This document shows, in pieces, positions 47,310-62,687 of a DNA stretch of 64,000 nucleotides. This DNA is from Eledone cirrhosa (Eukaryota). The notes under the pieces were generated by a model. The model saw only the letters and a list, made by a program, of their open reading frames with translations, did no database searches and was not told the DNA's origin. Where the stretch lies: the NCBI GenBank assembly GCA_964016885.1, contig OZ024744.1, positions 96,782,001-96,846,000 of the forward strand, given 5' to 3'. Made by a program: the position numbers and the translations under genes. Each line of letters opens with the position of its first letter. Position 1 is the stretch's first letter.

Positions 47310-47782
47310 AGAGAAGAGAAGAGAAGAGAAGAGAAAGAGACTAAATAAACACTATGCGTACGCGCTTGTGTGAAGTGTGTAACTACGTGAATACGTAAAC
47401 AGTCTAATAAGCAACTCATCGGATTATATTAGCAAAATAATTAGCTGCAGAGATGAATGATATAAACTACAAGAGGAGACAACTTCATGAAATCTGTATG
47501 GGAAAATAATTAGGGTGCCCCACCTGAAGGTTTTATGTATTGAGGGAGAGACTGACAGATATTGGCAACACAGTCAGTTTTCATAGATAGTTTAACAGTA
47601 GCTAATGAGTTGCTAAATAGCAAACATCAATTATTCACAGAGTATATTCTAAAGAATTACCCCATTTTGGTAATTAAAAAAAGAGAAACTACAGACTAGA
47701 CAACGTCATTTAAAATCTCTCTTGGTATATATAGCTAGAGGTCTAGAATATATCGATATATGTGTGTGTGTGTGGTGTGTGT

Positions 47783-47825
<43 letters not shown>

Positions 47826-48011
47826 TGTATGAGTGTGTGTGCGTGCGTATGAGTGTGTGTGTTTATGAGTTTGAGTGTGTGTGTGTGTGTGTGAGAGAGT
47901 GTATGAGAGTGTATGCGTGTGTATATATGTTTGTATGTATGTATGTACGTATGCATGCATACATAGTAAGTATTCGAACGGCGGGCCACCTGTAACTGTA
48001 GTTACACACCT

Positions 48012-48072
<61 letters not shown>

Positions 48073-48099
48073 GGTAAAAAAACCTTATATATATATATA

Positions 48100-48648
<549 letters not shown>

Positions 48649-49022
48649 TGACCTGTTTAGCTTGATTTGTTTTTTGGCTTAGGTGGTTAATGCCTTCTTG
48701 ACCACTTTTTCAGTTTGTATGGCGTTTTAACATATATGTTTAGCCCTGGGTTTTTAACTATGGAGCGCTTGCCAGCATAACTCTGATTTTGCGTTTCGTT
48801 TCGCTTTTTCTACCCGCCGAAATGCGATTCTCGCTGAATTTATATTTGTATATATATATATATATATATATAGATGAGATTCTACAGGACTAGAACTGTT
48901 TCATTCTTTAGAAATCATCAGGATTCTTGATGTAGAATCTCATCTATATTAAAACTTTTATACTCTGCAATGTATTGAGTACCTTACTTACTGTGGTTAC
49001 CTCCGATTCAACCCGGAATAAC

Positions 49023-49058
<36 letters not shown>

Positions 49059-49473
49059 GGTAAAAAACGCTTCGGTACCAAGAGACCATGGGGTTTCCAC
49101 CTAGAAAGTTCCCCTCCGCGGTGCAAGTCCGAGCAATGTTGTTTGTGTAAGACCAGCAGTCGCCCATGCATACCAGTCTCCCCCTCTCTACGCCACCGAT
49201 GTTGACCAAGAAAAAGTCAATGGCCGATACAACTAGGAACCAGTATCGTTCGAAAACATTTCTTCAGTTGAGTAAACTGGAGCAACGTGTGTCTTGCTCA
49301 AGAACACAACGTACATATGTATGTATATATATACATACACACCACACACACATATATACATACACACACACGCACGCACACACACATACACACACCTACA
49401 CACACCTATATATATATATATATATATATAAGAATAACATTAAAAAAGATGCTGTGATTACATAAAGCGTTTA

Positions 49474-49562
49474 TTCATTACAATTTCAATGGCTACCTTT
49501 AAGTAATCCAAGTGGTTGTATTTACATTTGTTGCTGATATGGGAGCTATTTCTTCAGATGAA
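49474..49562 (-). ncRNA. Probable hammerhead ribozyme with long stem II
   Basis: Reverse complement reads ttcat-CTGAAGA-aatagct...agccatt-GAAA-ttg-TA-atgaa, then AATAAA. Stem III is weak. Confidence 0.6.
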
Positions 49563-51459
49563 GCATTCGTTTATGTGATATGCTGCAGGTAAAAACATGT
49601 TTTTCTTGCATGCCCGGCAAGCATGAGTTCCAAAAGGGGTCCTTCCAGCTTATTGTTTCCAATTTGTTGAGCGAGGCGTGATTGATGTGTCAGTTTGCAA
49701 TCCTAAGTTCCTCAACTGTCTATAGTCTCGAGGTTGTAAATTATCAAAAAGATATCTTTCTCTTCTTATACGAGGGTAGGCAGGTGGTCGAAATTCCAGA
49801 CAGTTAGCCTACGAGTACCCCGCTTCTGTATTCGGTTAGATAGCCACTATCTAATAGAATACAGAAGGCTTCCCTTTTCAGCTCGAGTTAGCGGGGTTGA
49901 AGCAGGGTGTAGGCCCCTCATCTGGAATGCCACATACTGTGACGCCTCATATGGCAACCTGGTGCATTCGACTAACAGCCCAGGGCTCTGCTGCTTATCA
50001 AGCTGAAGAGAGCAAACTCCAAGTATCGGCCATTCTCTGATAGGTTTGTGGTAAAGCCTGTAGCGGTCGGTGTTCTTGGCTCCTGAACAACATCCCTGCT
50101 CACTGCTATCAGAGCGGAGCTGGCTACCCGCAAGTGCAAGCACAGTCAGGTGGAGTGGCTGTTTCAGCACGTCTGCTATGCCTTCCTCCTGGGATATGTA
50201 TTCTCCAACTTGTCGACCGGGACCAAGAAGCGGAGTATAAGTTAATTGGAGGTGGAGGATACTCGTTCGATCGACACAACATACACAAAATAGATAGAAG
50301 GTTTCTACATATATATACGTTTTATGTGTTAGGTAATTCCGAAGGAAAAGCAAAGGAAAAAAGAGTGTTATTTAAAACAGAGTGCTATTTAAAAAAAGAG
50401 TGCTCTATGTATAGAACAGAGCTATTTAATTAGAAAGTAAACAACACAATATAAATTGTCTTGTTCACTTTCTAATATTTATGTTTTAGATTCATTTTAG
50501 ACGATTCAGAACATTCCCTGCGTCAGCTATCGTGGGAGATTGCTGCGGTTTCGGCACATTTCGACAGCTTCGATTACGTCCAGGGGTGTCGAACAGTATT
50601 GATAAAACGTGTGGTTTCTTTGGATACATATTGTAGCAGACAATTATTTCCTATTGTTATCCATTCTGTCAGACACCACCGCCTCAAACTAGATGACATT
50701 GTAATCACTTTAACTACATAGAAACTGTTTCGTTTTACTACTAAGTACCTGCCAACCTCTGAAAACCCAACCGGGGAATACCATGAAAACAAAGTGAACA
50801 AAAATGGGAAGAAATGAGGCAAAATAGAGAGATTTTACATAATGAAAGCTATATCCATTTTTACTAGAGAAAACATATCTCACCCACCGCAAAGTGGGCG
50901 GTAGATCTCCCCGTCTGACGGGGGGGGGGGGGGGGGGTTGTTGACAGTTCTGTTACTAACTGATGTCTCGTTTTTTGCTCTCAGTGTTACTCTTTATTTC
51001 ACGTCAGTGGAGCAATGCCGTCAATAATAATGGAAATAGCGTTGAATGTATTTAATATTTGGAGTCCAGTATTGATATGACATACATACCAGGATTACTG
51101 GATATATGAACAAACATATACACTGGGAATTTTATGTTTTGATTAATTTATGGTTTGCGTTAGAGAATTCTTATAGTTTATGTTGATTGCTGACTTTGGA
51201 AGTGATTAAAGATTTTTAAAAAAACCCGATATTTTGATAATTTCTGATATATACTTAGATAAATGTTCAGCATATATGTACAAATGACAAACAGGATTAA
51301 ATGTATGAGTAACTTTGGAGAAACCACTATTCACAGGAACAAATTTAGGGTTAGAGCTCAAAACCTTGTGATTGGAAAGGGAAATTATTATTGTATCAGC
51401 ATGATTGGTATAGGAAATGTAATGTATGTATGTTTGTGTATGTATATGAGAGTGAATGT

Positions 51460-51552
<93 letters not shown>

Positions 51553-51666
51553 ACATATATATATATATATATATATGTATGTAAAAAGTAAACAGAAATG
51601 ACAACACAATCGTTAAAGTATATGGTAGGAATATATTAGGTTATCGCTTTATATATATATATAAAG

Positions 51667-51708
<42 letters not shown>

Positions 51709-51735
51709 ATGTGTGTGTGTGTGTGCGTGCGTGCG

Positions 51736-51868
<133 letters not shown>

Positions 51869-51963
51869 GGTAAACAGAAATAACAACACAATCGGTACAG
51901 CATATGGAAGGAATATATTAGGTTAACGCTTGATATATATATATTTACATACACCTATATATA

Positions 51964-52862
51964 TACTAGTAGAATGGCCCGGCGTTGCTCGGGATTCTAA
52001 ACATAGATTGGCATGTTTATCCCTCCTTTCTGAAACAGTTTCGTCGTATGTTCACCAATTCATGCAGAAGTCCGAACTGAAAGTGATGTCGCCTTGGGTG
52101 AATAGGCACATCATTTTCCATTAAGGTTTTTCAAAAGCATGTAATTGCGTTCCCTCTCTTTTTTGTTATTATTTTTGCTGCTGTCGAGCATCGTGAAATA
52201 AATACGTTTGTTTATATTTTTTATTGTGTATGCAAAAATATCTGTACACGAATATATAATTATAAATATATATACAATAACAGATTCAAGTTTAAGCGAA
52301 GAATCGCTGCTTTCACCCTTAACCGGATCTACTGAAACTAAAAAAAATCAATTTGTGTACGCAGAATTAAATATTTCGAAAAACGTTACACACTATATAT
52401 CTATCTATCTATCTATCTAAGGCGGGTAAAATTCCCGAGATCCATGGACGAGTTCTCTCCAGCGGTCTCTGTCCCTCATTATCCCTGCCATGTCCTGCAT
52501 CTCCAACAGACCAGTGTCTGTCCTTATATACATATATACACACACACAGATAGTCTCATAATGTCGTAATGCAGACAGCCAGACATACAGACAGATATTA
52601 TAAGGGCGCGACGTCGTAGCTATGTATCTATCTAAAAAGACAGGCTAAGAAAGATAGTGAGAGAGATCGCTAACCGGCGCCTAATGCGGTCCCTATGACA
52701 TTGAAAATTTGAAATTCATCTTGCTCAAAACACTCACACGACCATAAGTATTACTTGTATAAAGTTTGAAAACAATCGGTTGGGTGGTTTTCGAGTTTTA
52801 GGGAGCCAGGCAGACAGACAGATAGACAGACATACATTCTCTGTTTTAGATAGTGTATTAGC
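51964..52862 (-). mobile_element. Non-autonomous Helitron-like element with nested insertions
   Basis: The minus-strand 5' part has (CTGT)n and an accgatt..aaact motif. The 3' end has hairpin cccgagcaacgccggg plus CTAGT at 51964-51992. It contains fold-back (52270-52390) and RTE (52420-52527) fragments. Confidence 0.6.
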
Positions 52863-52876
52863 ATTGTTGATGCCTC

Positions 52877-52958
<82 letters not shown>

Positions 52959-54580
52959 GTAAGCATTTTTCTGCTTCCTTCTCCAGATTGTGAAACACTA
53001 TCCTGCTATTCTTCAGTACAACTAGAATACAACTTCTTCACATGCATCACAACTTGTTTATTGTTGGAGACCCAAAATAGAGCCCCTTAATCCTTAATAT
53101 TGCAAAATAATCATATTTGATGATATTTTATCTACTGAACTCCGATACGCATGATTTAAAATTAAACCGAGCTCAACATTGCCTTATATCTTTTTGATAG
53201 ATAAAGTACCAATCCACGGTGCTGGATTGGTAGAATTGTTAGAGTATTGGACATGATAACGTGTGGTATCACTTTAGGTATTTTACGTTCCGAGTTTGCC
53301 TGTTTCATCACTGATGCCAAGTTCTATAAACCTTTGCCTATATATATGTGAAGGCGCATGGCTTCGTGGTTAGAGCATTCGGCTTGCAATCGAAAGGTTG
53401 TGAGTTCAATTCTCGGACCGGGTGATGTGTTGTTTCCTTTGAGCAAGGCACTTTATTTCTCGTTGCTCCAGTTTACTCAGCTGTAGAAAGGAGATGATAG
53501 GAGTGGGGTCCCTATCATTAAATCACCCAAGACACCTCCAACGTGATATACCTTGGAGGATACCAGCTAAACCTGCATAGGTGTGAGCTGTCACACACAC
53601 ACACATATATGAGGTTATAGTGTAACAGAGCGCATGGCTTAGTGGTTAGAGCATTGGGCTTGCAATTAAAAAGTTGCGAGTTCGATTCTCGGAGGCTGAT
53701 TAATTGTGTCCTTGAACAAGACACTTTATTTCACGTTGCTCTAGTTTACTCAGCTGTAGAAATGAGTTGCGACGTCACAGGTGCCAAGCTGTATCGGACA
53801 TAGCCTTTCCCTTGGACATTATCGATGGCCTGGAGAGGGGAGACTGGTATGTAGGGGAGACTACTGGTGTTACTCAAACAGCCTTGCCCGGACTTGTGCT
53901 TCCGAGGGGAACTTTCTAGGTGCTAATCCCATGGTCATTCGTGACCAAAGGGGGTCTTCGAGTGTAATAATTCATTATTTTCATTGGTAAGACGATATAA
54001 GCTCAATGCACTTTTTGCAGCCCTTCGTTGTTCAGGAGCGAATGGAAACTTTGGTAAGATGAGATAAATTCGCCATATATCCTACAAAATACTTCTTTAA
54101 CAACACCTGCTATAACCAATTAACAGATTTAACATATTTTAACATGCTTGGGAGAGAAAAAATCACTGATAAATGTTTATTTTTGCATGTCTGAAAACAT
54201 ACCCAAGCTTTTGCTTTGCACTTATAAATTCAAAATTCTATATTTTAAATGCACATTGCTTTGAATTTCTCTATTAGTCTTGCCTTATGATATTAATCAA
54301 TCTATTGTTGTTGTTTTTTTTATTATATATATTTCCTGAAGAGATATTATCAGAACGTTATTTTCTTCATAATGGGTAGAATGAAGTCAATAACGTAATG
54401 ATAACATCCAGTTTTTTTTCCACAAATGGATGGGATTCTCCAGCCTCATTGAAAAGTCCGTAGTGATGTATAAATAAATAAATAATAATAGTATTATCCT
54501 CGTTTTGGGGGGGTTTTTTCTTGAATGCCTGTGTGTGCGTATATATATATATATACATGCATATATATATATATATATAT

Positions 54581-54972
54581 ATTATCAAGAAAACGAAAAA
54601 TCAGTGATGCATCTGGAGTTAGTCTATTTCGTGTTACAAATGTTTCGCCGGCATGTAGCTCGAGTCATGGTTCTTGTATGGATCTGGCTGATTGTACTTC
54701 TGCGGGTTCTTTCAGACACGGATGTTATGTCCGGAGCAAATTTTATCAGTAACACCCGTGTCTGAAAGAACCCGCAGAAGTAGAATCAGCCAGATCCATA
54801 CAAAGACCATGACTCGAGCTACATGCCGGCGAAACATTTGTAACACGAAATAAACTAAGTCCAGATGCATCACTGATTTTTCGTTTTCTTAATAATATCT
54901 ACACTCTACTATGATGAATATCGAGTGCTAATTTTGGCATACCGCCTACGGAAGCACCATAGCTACCACTAT
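54581..54972 (+). mobile_element. Penelope-like palindrome with variant-core HHRs (54630-54720 minus, 54757-54847 plus)
   Basis: cgtgt-CTGAAAGA-long stem II-GAAA-catttg-TA-acacg, followed by AATAAA. Arms are ~145 bp, and only the right arm has the tail. Confidence 0.75.
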
Positions 54973-55046
<74 letters not shown>

Positions 55047-55304
55047 GCATATATATATATATACATACATTTTGGGGTTTTTTCTTGAATCCTTGTGTAT
55101 ATATATATATATATTTAAAGGATAATGTACAGATGTCAGTGTGCAAACAATGTACATTCGCAGATCAACAACTGTAACACACTGTCATGTATGGATGAAT
55201 AAGCACATAAGTCCCATTCAAACAAATATAATAAAATTGACTACACTCTATTGATACATTCCATCTGTAAATGTTTGCTGATAGTTATGATTTTGTTTAC
55301 ATCC

Positions 55305-55992
55305 CCAACACATACAGACACATACACACATACATACAACCACACACATACAGACACACACACATACACACACATTCACACATACATACAAACACACACA
55401 TAAAATACACACATACAGACACACACATACAGACACACACATACACACATATTCACACATACATACAAACACACACATAAACACACACATACAGACATAC
55501 ACATACACACATTCACACATACATACAAACACACATAAAAACACACACACAGAGATACACACATACACACACATTCATATGTACATACAAACACACACAT
55601 AAAATACACACATACAGACACAAACATACACACACATTCACACATACATACAATCACACATAAAAACACACACATACAGACACACACATACGTAAACATA
55701 CAGATATAGACATACACATACACACACATAGAAACACACATAGAAACACACACATACATAAACATACAGACATACACATACACACACATAGAAACACATA
55801 GAAACACACACATACGTAAACTTACAGATACATACACACACATACACACACATAGAAACACACATAGAACACACACATACGTAAACATACAGATACAGAC
55901 GCACACATACACACACATAGAAACACACATAGAAACACACACATACGTAAACTTACAGATACATACACACACGTACCCCTACACAAACACAA
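55305..55992. repeat. Cryptic (CA)-rich compound minisatellite
   Basis: Repeating acacacatacagacac / acacacatagaaac units. Confidence 0.85.
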
Positions 55993-56155
55993 ATACATAT
56001 GATTCGCATGTGTGTATTTGATTGTGTGTATTTAAGTCAATCTCATGAAAAATTGTAAATCATGGTATTGTCCTAAACATAAACATTACGCCCCGTTAAA
56101 TACTTCAGTGAGAATTTATTAAAATGGCGACACCACTGTAATAACAACTCTAATT

Positions 56156-57673
56156 ACCAGTAATTACACTTACTATTGAGCTACACTATCTGGATATACT
56201 ATTGCTCCTGGATCTAATAGTGATGTGTAATTCATAAGAAATGTTTCATTTATATAGAAGGCGATACCACTTTTATATATACCAGTAATTACACATCTAG
56301 ATATACTATTGTCCCTGGATCTAATGGTGATGTGTAATTCATAAGAAATGTTTCATTTATATAAGGCGATACTACTTTTATATATACCAGTAATTACACA
56401 TCTAGATATACTATTGTCCCTGGATCTAATGGTGATGTGTAATTCATAAGAAATGTTTCATTTATATATATAAGGCGATACCACTTTTATATATACCAGT
56501 AATTACACATCTAGATATACTATTGTCCCTGGATCTAATGGTGATGTGTAATTCATAAGAAATGTTTCATTTATATAAGGCGATACTACTTTTATATATA
56601 CCAGTAATTACACATCTAGATATACTATTGTCCCTGGATCTAATGGTGATGTGTAATTCATAAGAAATGTTTCATTTATATATATAAGGCGATACCACTT
56701 TTATATATACCAGTAATTACACATCTAGATATACTATTGTCCCTGGATCTAATGGTGATGTGTAATTCATAAGAAATGTTTCATTTATATATATAAGGCG
56801 ATACCACTTTTATATATACCAGTAATTACACATCTAGATATACTATTGTCCCTGGATCTAATGGTGATGTGTAATTCATAAGAAATGTTTCATTTATATA
56901 TATAAGGCGATACCACTTTTATATATACCAGTAATTACACATCTAGATATACTATTGTCCCTGGATCTAATGGTGATGTGTAATTCATAAGAAATGTTTC
57001 ATTTATATAAATAAGGCGATACCACTTTTATATATACCAGTAATTACACATCTAGATATTCTATTGTCTCTGGATCTAATGGTGATGTGTAGTTCATAAG
57101 AAATGTTTAATTTATATATATAAGGCGATACCACTTTTATATATACCAGTAATTACACATCTAGATATACTATTGTCCCTGGATCTAATGGTGATGTGTA
57201 ATTCATAAGAAATGTTTCATTTATATATATAAGGCGATACCACTTTTATATATACCAGTAATTACACATCTAGATATACTATTGTCCCTGGATCTAATGG
57301 TGATGTGTAATTCATAAGAAATGTTTCATTTATATAAGGCGATACTACTTTTATATATACCAGTAATTACACATCTAGATATACTATTGTCCCTGGATCT
57401 AATGGTGATGTGTAATTCATAAGAAATGTTTCATTAATATATAAGGCGATACCACTTTTATATATACCAGTAATTACACATCTAGATATACTATTGTCCC
57501 TGGATCTAATGGTGATGTGTAGTTCATAAGAAATGTTTCATTTATATAAATAAGGCGATACCACTTTTATATATACCAGTAATTACACATCTAGATATAC
57601 TATTGTCCCTGGATCTAATGGTGATGTGTAGTTCATAAGAAATGTTTCATTTATATAAATAAGGCGATACCAC
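56156..57673. repeat. Tandem satellite: 13 near-identical 105-109-bp units plus one divergent 125-bp lead unit
   Basis: Units start at 56156, 56281, 56386, 56495, 56600, 56709, 56818, 56927, 57036, 57145, 57254, 57359, 57466 and 57575. Confidence 0.95.
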
Positions 57674-58377
57674 AAATAGAACGTCGAATAGAAAGCTATG
57701 TGGTGTTTCTTCTAACTCTCTGCTCTCTGAGTTCAAATCTCACAGAGGTCAACTTTGACTTTCATCAATTACAATGTCAAGAAAAATGTACCAATTCAAT
57801 ACTAGTCGATTCTTCCTCTATATCTCCTTCTCACTTCTTCTCTTACCCTACTCTGGAAGAAATTGGTCGTATTCAAATCTAGAGAGATAATGGGCTCCCC
57901 CAGTTTTAAAAACAAAATGCTCAAGAATCACCACAAACCATGACAACGTCCCTAAGACTCTATCAGGAGTTACGTGAGAAAAAAATAAAAATTAATACGA
58001 AGAAATTGCGCCATGTTTAACTAAGCATCAACTGCCATATTGGCGTTTCTTTATGGTGCAGAACCATGGACGGCAGATTGTCTGATCTAAAAATTAAAGG
58101 TTGAATTGCACATTTATGCAAATTCATTTAAAAAAACAAAAAACAACAACACATAAATCACTAAGGGTTCTACATACATGCGCGCTTATACGTATGTGTG
58201 TGTGTGTGGATGTGGCTGTGTGTGCGTATGTCTCTATGTGCATGTGTGTGTGTGTGTGTGGAGGGTGTGTGTCCGTGTCCGTGTGTGTGTATGTGTGTGT
58301 GTGTGTGTGGTGGAGGGTATGTGTGAGTGGTGTGTATCCATGTCCGTGTGTGTATGTGTGTGTGTGTGTCCGTGTCC

Positions 58378-58408
<31 letters not shown>

Positions 58409-58419
58409 TGTGTGTGGTG

Positions 58420-58477
<58 letters not shown>

Positions 58478-59347
58478 GTGTGTGTATGTGTGTGTGTGTG
58501 TGTGTTTGATTACTACCTGATTGTACTAAACGTAATGGCTACTCTACTACGTATATATTTATCTGCGTGTGTTTCTATGTAGCCATTGAATATAATGCAG
58601 CAGTAATGTCATATCTGATAGTTGATATATTTGTTAAAGAATCGGAAATTTCAAATGTCAGCCTGTGAATCACATTACTCGCCTTTTATTTCAACAATCA
58701 ACTCCCACAAAATCGGTAGAAACTCATATACATATGCATGTATATATATATATATGGTGGAGGGTGTGTGTGTGTGTGTGTGTGTGGTGTGGTGGAGGGT
58801 ATGTGTGTGTGTGTGTGCTTTCCTCAGCTGCGACCTGTCAGTTTCTTTCTTACTGCTTCCCTTCTCTCTGTATCTCTCACCTTCTTTTTACCCCCTCTGC
58901 CAGTCACACTCTCTCTCTCAGCTGACCTCTTCCTCACACTTCCGCTCACTCACCTCTGCTTCTCCCCCTCTCTCACTTCCTCCCGTTTCAGCTGTGTGAA
59001 ATCCTTTTCTCGCTCACATCTCACCCAGGTCGGATGGTCTGTATCTCTCGTCCCTGATTTCACCAAGCTTAAGCTTATAGATATCATGTACTTGTCTCTT
59101 CCTATCTTTCCGTTGCAATACCATCTCTGTTTGTTTACATGTCTCGCTCGCTTCACCCTATTTTACTTGTCCCAATAACTTTATTTAGTTATTGCTCGCA
59201 CCAACCAGAGGTATATGATTTTTAAAGCGATGAAATACCAATGAAGGTTGGAAGATCACTGATGAAGGACTAATTTTATTCATATATAACCCATGTGCAA
59301 CCACTCAGCACTCCATTTTTCTTATCATTATATATATATATATATAT

Positions 59348-59668
59348 TAGTAAAAAGGAAAAGAAAATGCTGACAAATTTTTCCCAGTGAAAAATAGTTT
59401 AATTAGGAATAAGTAAAAATTAGTAATAAGTATTGGTTAGTATTCAGTTTTAGTTTTAAGTTTTTACCGGTTGCGCATTTCTAATGCTTTTCAAAAATAA
59501 TTTTGAGATAGCGCGCTAGTGATGTTTGCTCTAATCTGGTTAGAGCAAACATCACGAGCGCTCCATCTCAAAATGATTAAACTATTTTTCGCTGGGAAAA
59601 ATTTGTCAGCATTTTCTTTTCCTTTTTACTCATATATCATAACTCGTGTGTCACACCTCTATTTTTTT

Positions 59669-59670
<2 letters not shown>
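59348..59670. repeat. Fold-back element with nested inverted repeats
   Basis: Arms at 59349-59403 and 59575-59630, plus an inner palindrome at 59500-59573. A relative lies at 41920-42048. Confidence 0.75.
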
Positions 59671-59728
<58 letters not shown>

Positions 59729-59733
<5 letters not shown>

Positions 59734-60220
59734 ATGCTTTGGGAGGCTCATGTTGCCAATAAGAAACACACGCACCAGTTACTTTCACTTCAATTTATTA
59801 TAAATTTCCGGTTGGTTGGTTGGTTAAATATAAATAAAAATATAAACACACACAGACACCCGGATGTAAAACATGCGCAAACTAAGCACACAACACACAC
59901 ACAAACAAGATGGCGTAGGACAGAACAAAGGAGAGGCACAAAAACAAAGAAAAGAATCCCCAGTCACTGAAGAGGTCACAGAATGTGTGACGAAAGAACT
60001 TTGACAATATATGAACAATCGGCTGGTTGTGGAACCAACCAACCAACCGAAAATTTATAAATTCCTAAATTCATAAATTTAATTTATAATAAATTGAAGT
60101 GAAAGCAACTGGTCCGTGTGTTTCTTATTTGGCAACATGACCCTCCCAAAGTATAACAATATCGGTTTCAACACACGTTTTCAGATAAAGAATCTTGCTA
60201 GACAAATTCAGAAACGAAAT
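59729..60220 (+). mobile_element. Penelope-like fold-back element with HHR at 59963-60005
   Basis: gtca-CTGAAGA-ggtcaca gaatg tgtgac-GAAA-gaac-TT-tgac. Inverted arms at 59729-59823 and 60035-60160. Confidence 0.75.
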
Positions 60221-60466
60221 ATATATATATATATGTATATGTATACATATATATACATGTACATATATATATATATATACACACGCACACACATATATAT
60301 GTATGTATATATGTATATGACCAAAGATGAATATGGTTCGTTAATTACTCAATGAATAAAGATTTTTACAATAGATTAAAAGCACTCAACAAAAAATTTT
60401 CCTCGAGTTTTTAATATTATTCAAAATATTAACAAATGATGATATTCACATAATCAAAATATATGC

Positions 60467-60526
60467 TTTATTATATATATTTCAAAGGTACTGTGTTGTT
60501 TTTTCAGTACGTCCTCGTCAGATAAA
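60467..60526 (-). ncRNA. Hammerhead ribozyme (family of 38437/48427)
   Basis: Reverse complement reads tttat-CTGACGA-ggacgtactg..cagtaccttt-GAAA-tatata-TA-ataaa. Confidence 0.8.
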
Positions 60527-60777
60527 ATATATGATTTGATATATGACATACCTCTACGGTCTTGATATTTCAATTCCAGTATTGGCAGTGATTTATTTCA
60601 TTAAATCTCAACATTTATATACCACAAATAATAATATGATAAACTTAAAGAAGAAAAGGACGTGGAGCGAATTAGAGATATATAAGAGAGGGTGTAAAGA
60701 GGAGGAAGGCAAGAAAAAAAAAGTTTAAAAAAAATACATACATAAATATTTAAATATGTATATATGTATATATATAT

Positions 60778-60893
<116 letters not shown>

Positions 60894-60958
60894 GTATGTA
60901 TACGTACATACATATATGTATACAGACGTACAGTAGTATGTATATATATACATTCATG

Positions 60959-61035
<77 letters not shown>

Positions 61036-61057
61036 GTATGGAAAGTATATATATATA

Positions 61058-61455
61058 TAGTATAAAAACGAAAAATCAGTTATGCATCTGGACTCAGTTT
61101 ATAGTGTGTTACAATTGTTTCGCCGGCAGGTAGCTCGTGACATGATCACTGTATGAATCTGGCTGATTCAACGGCTGCAGGTTCCTTCGGACACGGGTAG
61201 TTTGTTCGGAGCAAATTTTCTCACGATCGAACTACCCGTGTCCGAAGGAACCTTCAGCCGTAGAATCAGCCAGATCCATAAAGTGATGATGGCTCGAGCT
61301 ACCTGCCGGCGAAACAATTGTAACACGCAATAAACTGAGTCCAGATGCATTACTGATTTTTCGTTTTTATACTATCCACACTCTACTCTGTATGAATATT
61401 GAGTGCTAATTTTGGCATACCGCGTATGGAAGCACCATAGCTACCATTATACACA
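61058..61455 (+). mobile_element. Penelope-like palindrome with variant-core HHRs (plus copy 61237-61327), sister of 54581
   Basis: cgtgt-CCGAAGGA-...-GAAA-caattg-TA-acacg, with a mirror copy at ~61107-61197. Confidence 0.75.
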
Positions 61456-61532
61456 AGTATATTTATATATATATATATATAAATTAATAAAATAATGAAT
61501 AAACAAAGAAACAGTTCCTTATATTAAAAAAT

Positions 61533-61669
61533 TCATCATTTACGATCGTTTCTAGGATATATATGTTAGTGTTGGTATGCATATCCTATAGATCTATGTA
61601 AAATTTTTACAAACTATCAGAGGGAATATACATACCTACACATATATATGCTGTCTTCAGAAATAATGA
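61533..61669 (-). ncRNA. Hammerhead ribozyme with ~100-nt stem II, homologue of 7742-7888
   Basis: Reverse complement reads tcattattt-CTGAAGA-...-GAAA-cgatcg-TA-aatgatga. Confidence 0.8.
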
Positions 61670-62356
61670 TATTTGTTTATTGAAAAAACCAACAAAGATT
61701 TAATACAATAGGTCTGTTTGGGAACAGGTTTTGAATTGACCAATAGAAAGATAGTAAAAGAACCTTAATTTATGGGTAGAGGAAGGTAGATTTCAGTTTT
61801 GGATGGAAGGAATATTATGAATGAAAGATTATTTTAGGGATGAGAATAGGTCATATGCTGACCTCAGAAATAATTATATTTGTTCATTGAATAAAACCAA
61901 CAAAGATTTAATATAGTAGGTCTGTTTGGGAACAGGTTTTGAATTAACCAATAGAAAGGTAATAATTGGCCAAATGGTAAAATAGTAGTAATTGAAATTT
62001 ATTTTGGGGTAGAAGAAGGCAGATTTCAGTTTTGAATGGAAGGAGTATGAAGAATGAAAAGTTTATTTTAGGGGTGAAAGTAGGTCAGGTCATTAAAAGG
62101 TAACACGAAAAGTTGCTGTTATAAAAGAATAATGCCAATGTAAATATCTAAGGAGACTAAACTTTTACGATAAAAGTGTTAGTGAAAAAAATATATATAT
62201 GGAATTTACATCTATGAAAAGAATATAAATTAATTTAATTGATGGGTATATTTATATTGATAAAATTATATTAATGCATATAGATATGATAAATAAGAGT
62301 TAGATGTAATTGAATAGTGCTGTTAAAGACGAGGGGAAATTAAATAGATATAAAAA

Positions 62357-62453
<97 letters not shown>

Positions 62454-62687
62454 TTGGGGGGAGGGGGTAAATTTATTAGTGAGAAATAATAAATATATAG
62501 AGATTTCAAGTAACATAGAATCATAACCTGAAATTAAAACATTATATATGTTTACTTAATGGTATCAATTTCAGGAAAAGATAGTTGTAAGAAGGAAAGT
62601 AAAATTATGTAGTTCATCAGTAGTAGAATATTAATTATAGGTTAACTAAATTAAAGATAGTTTTTATATTAATTTCTAAAATGTATA

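Noticed and set aside
56156-57673. CRISPR-like array or tandem hammerhead (retrozyme) array
   Set aside because: Units are near-identical with no unique spacers, the context is eukaryotic, and there is no CTGAnGA core on either strand.
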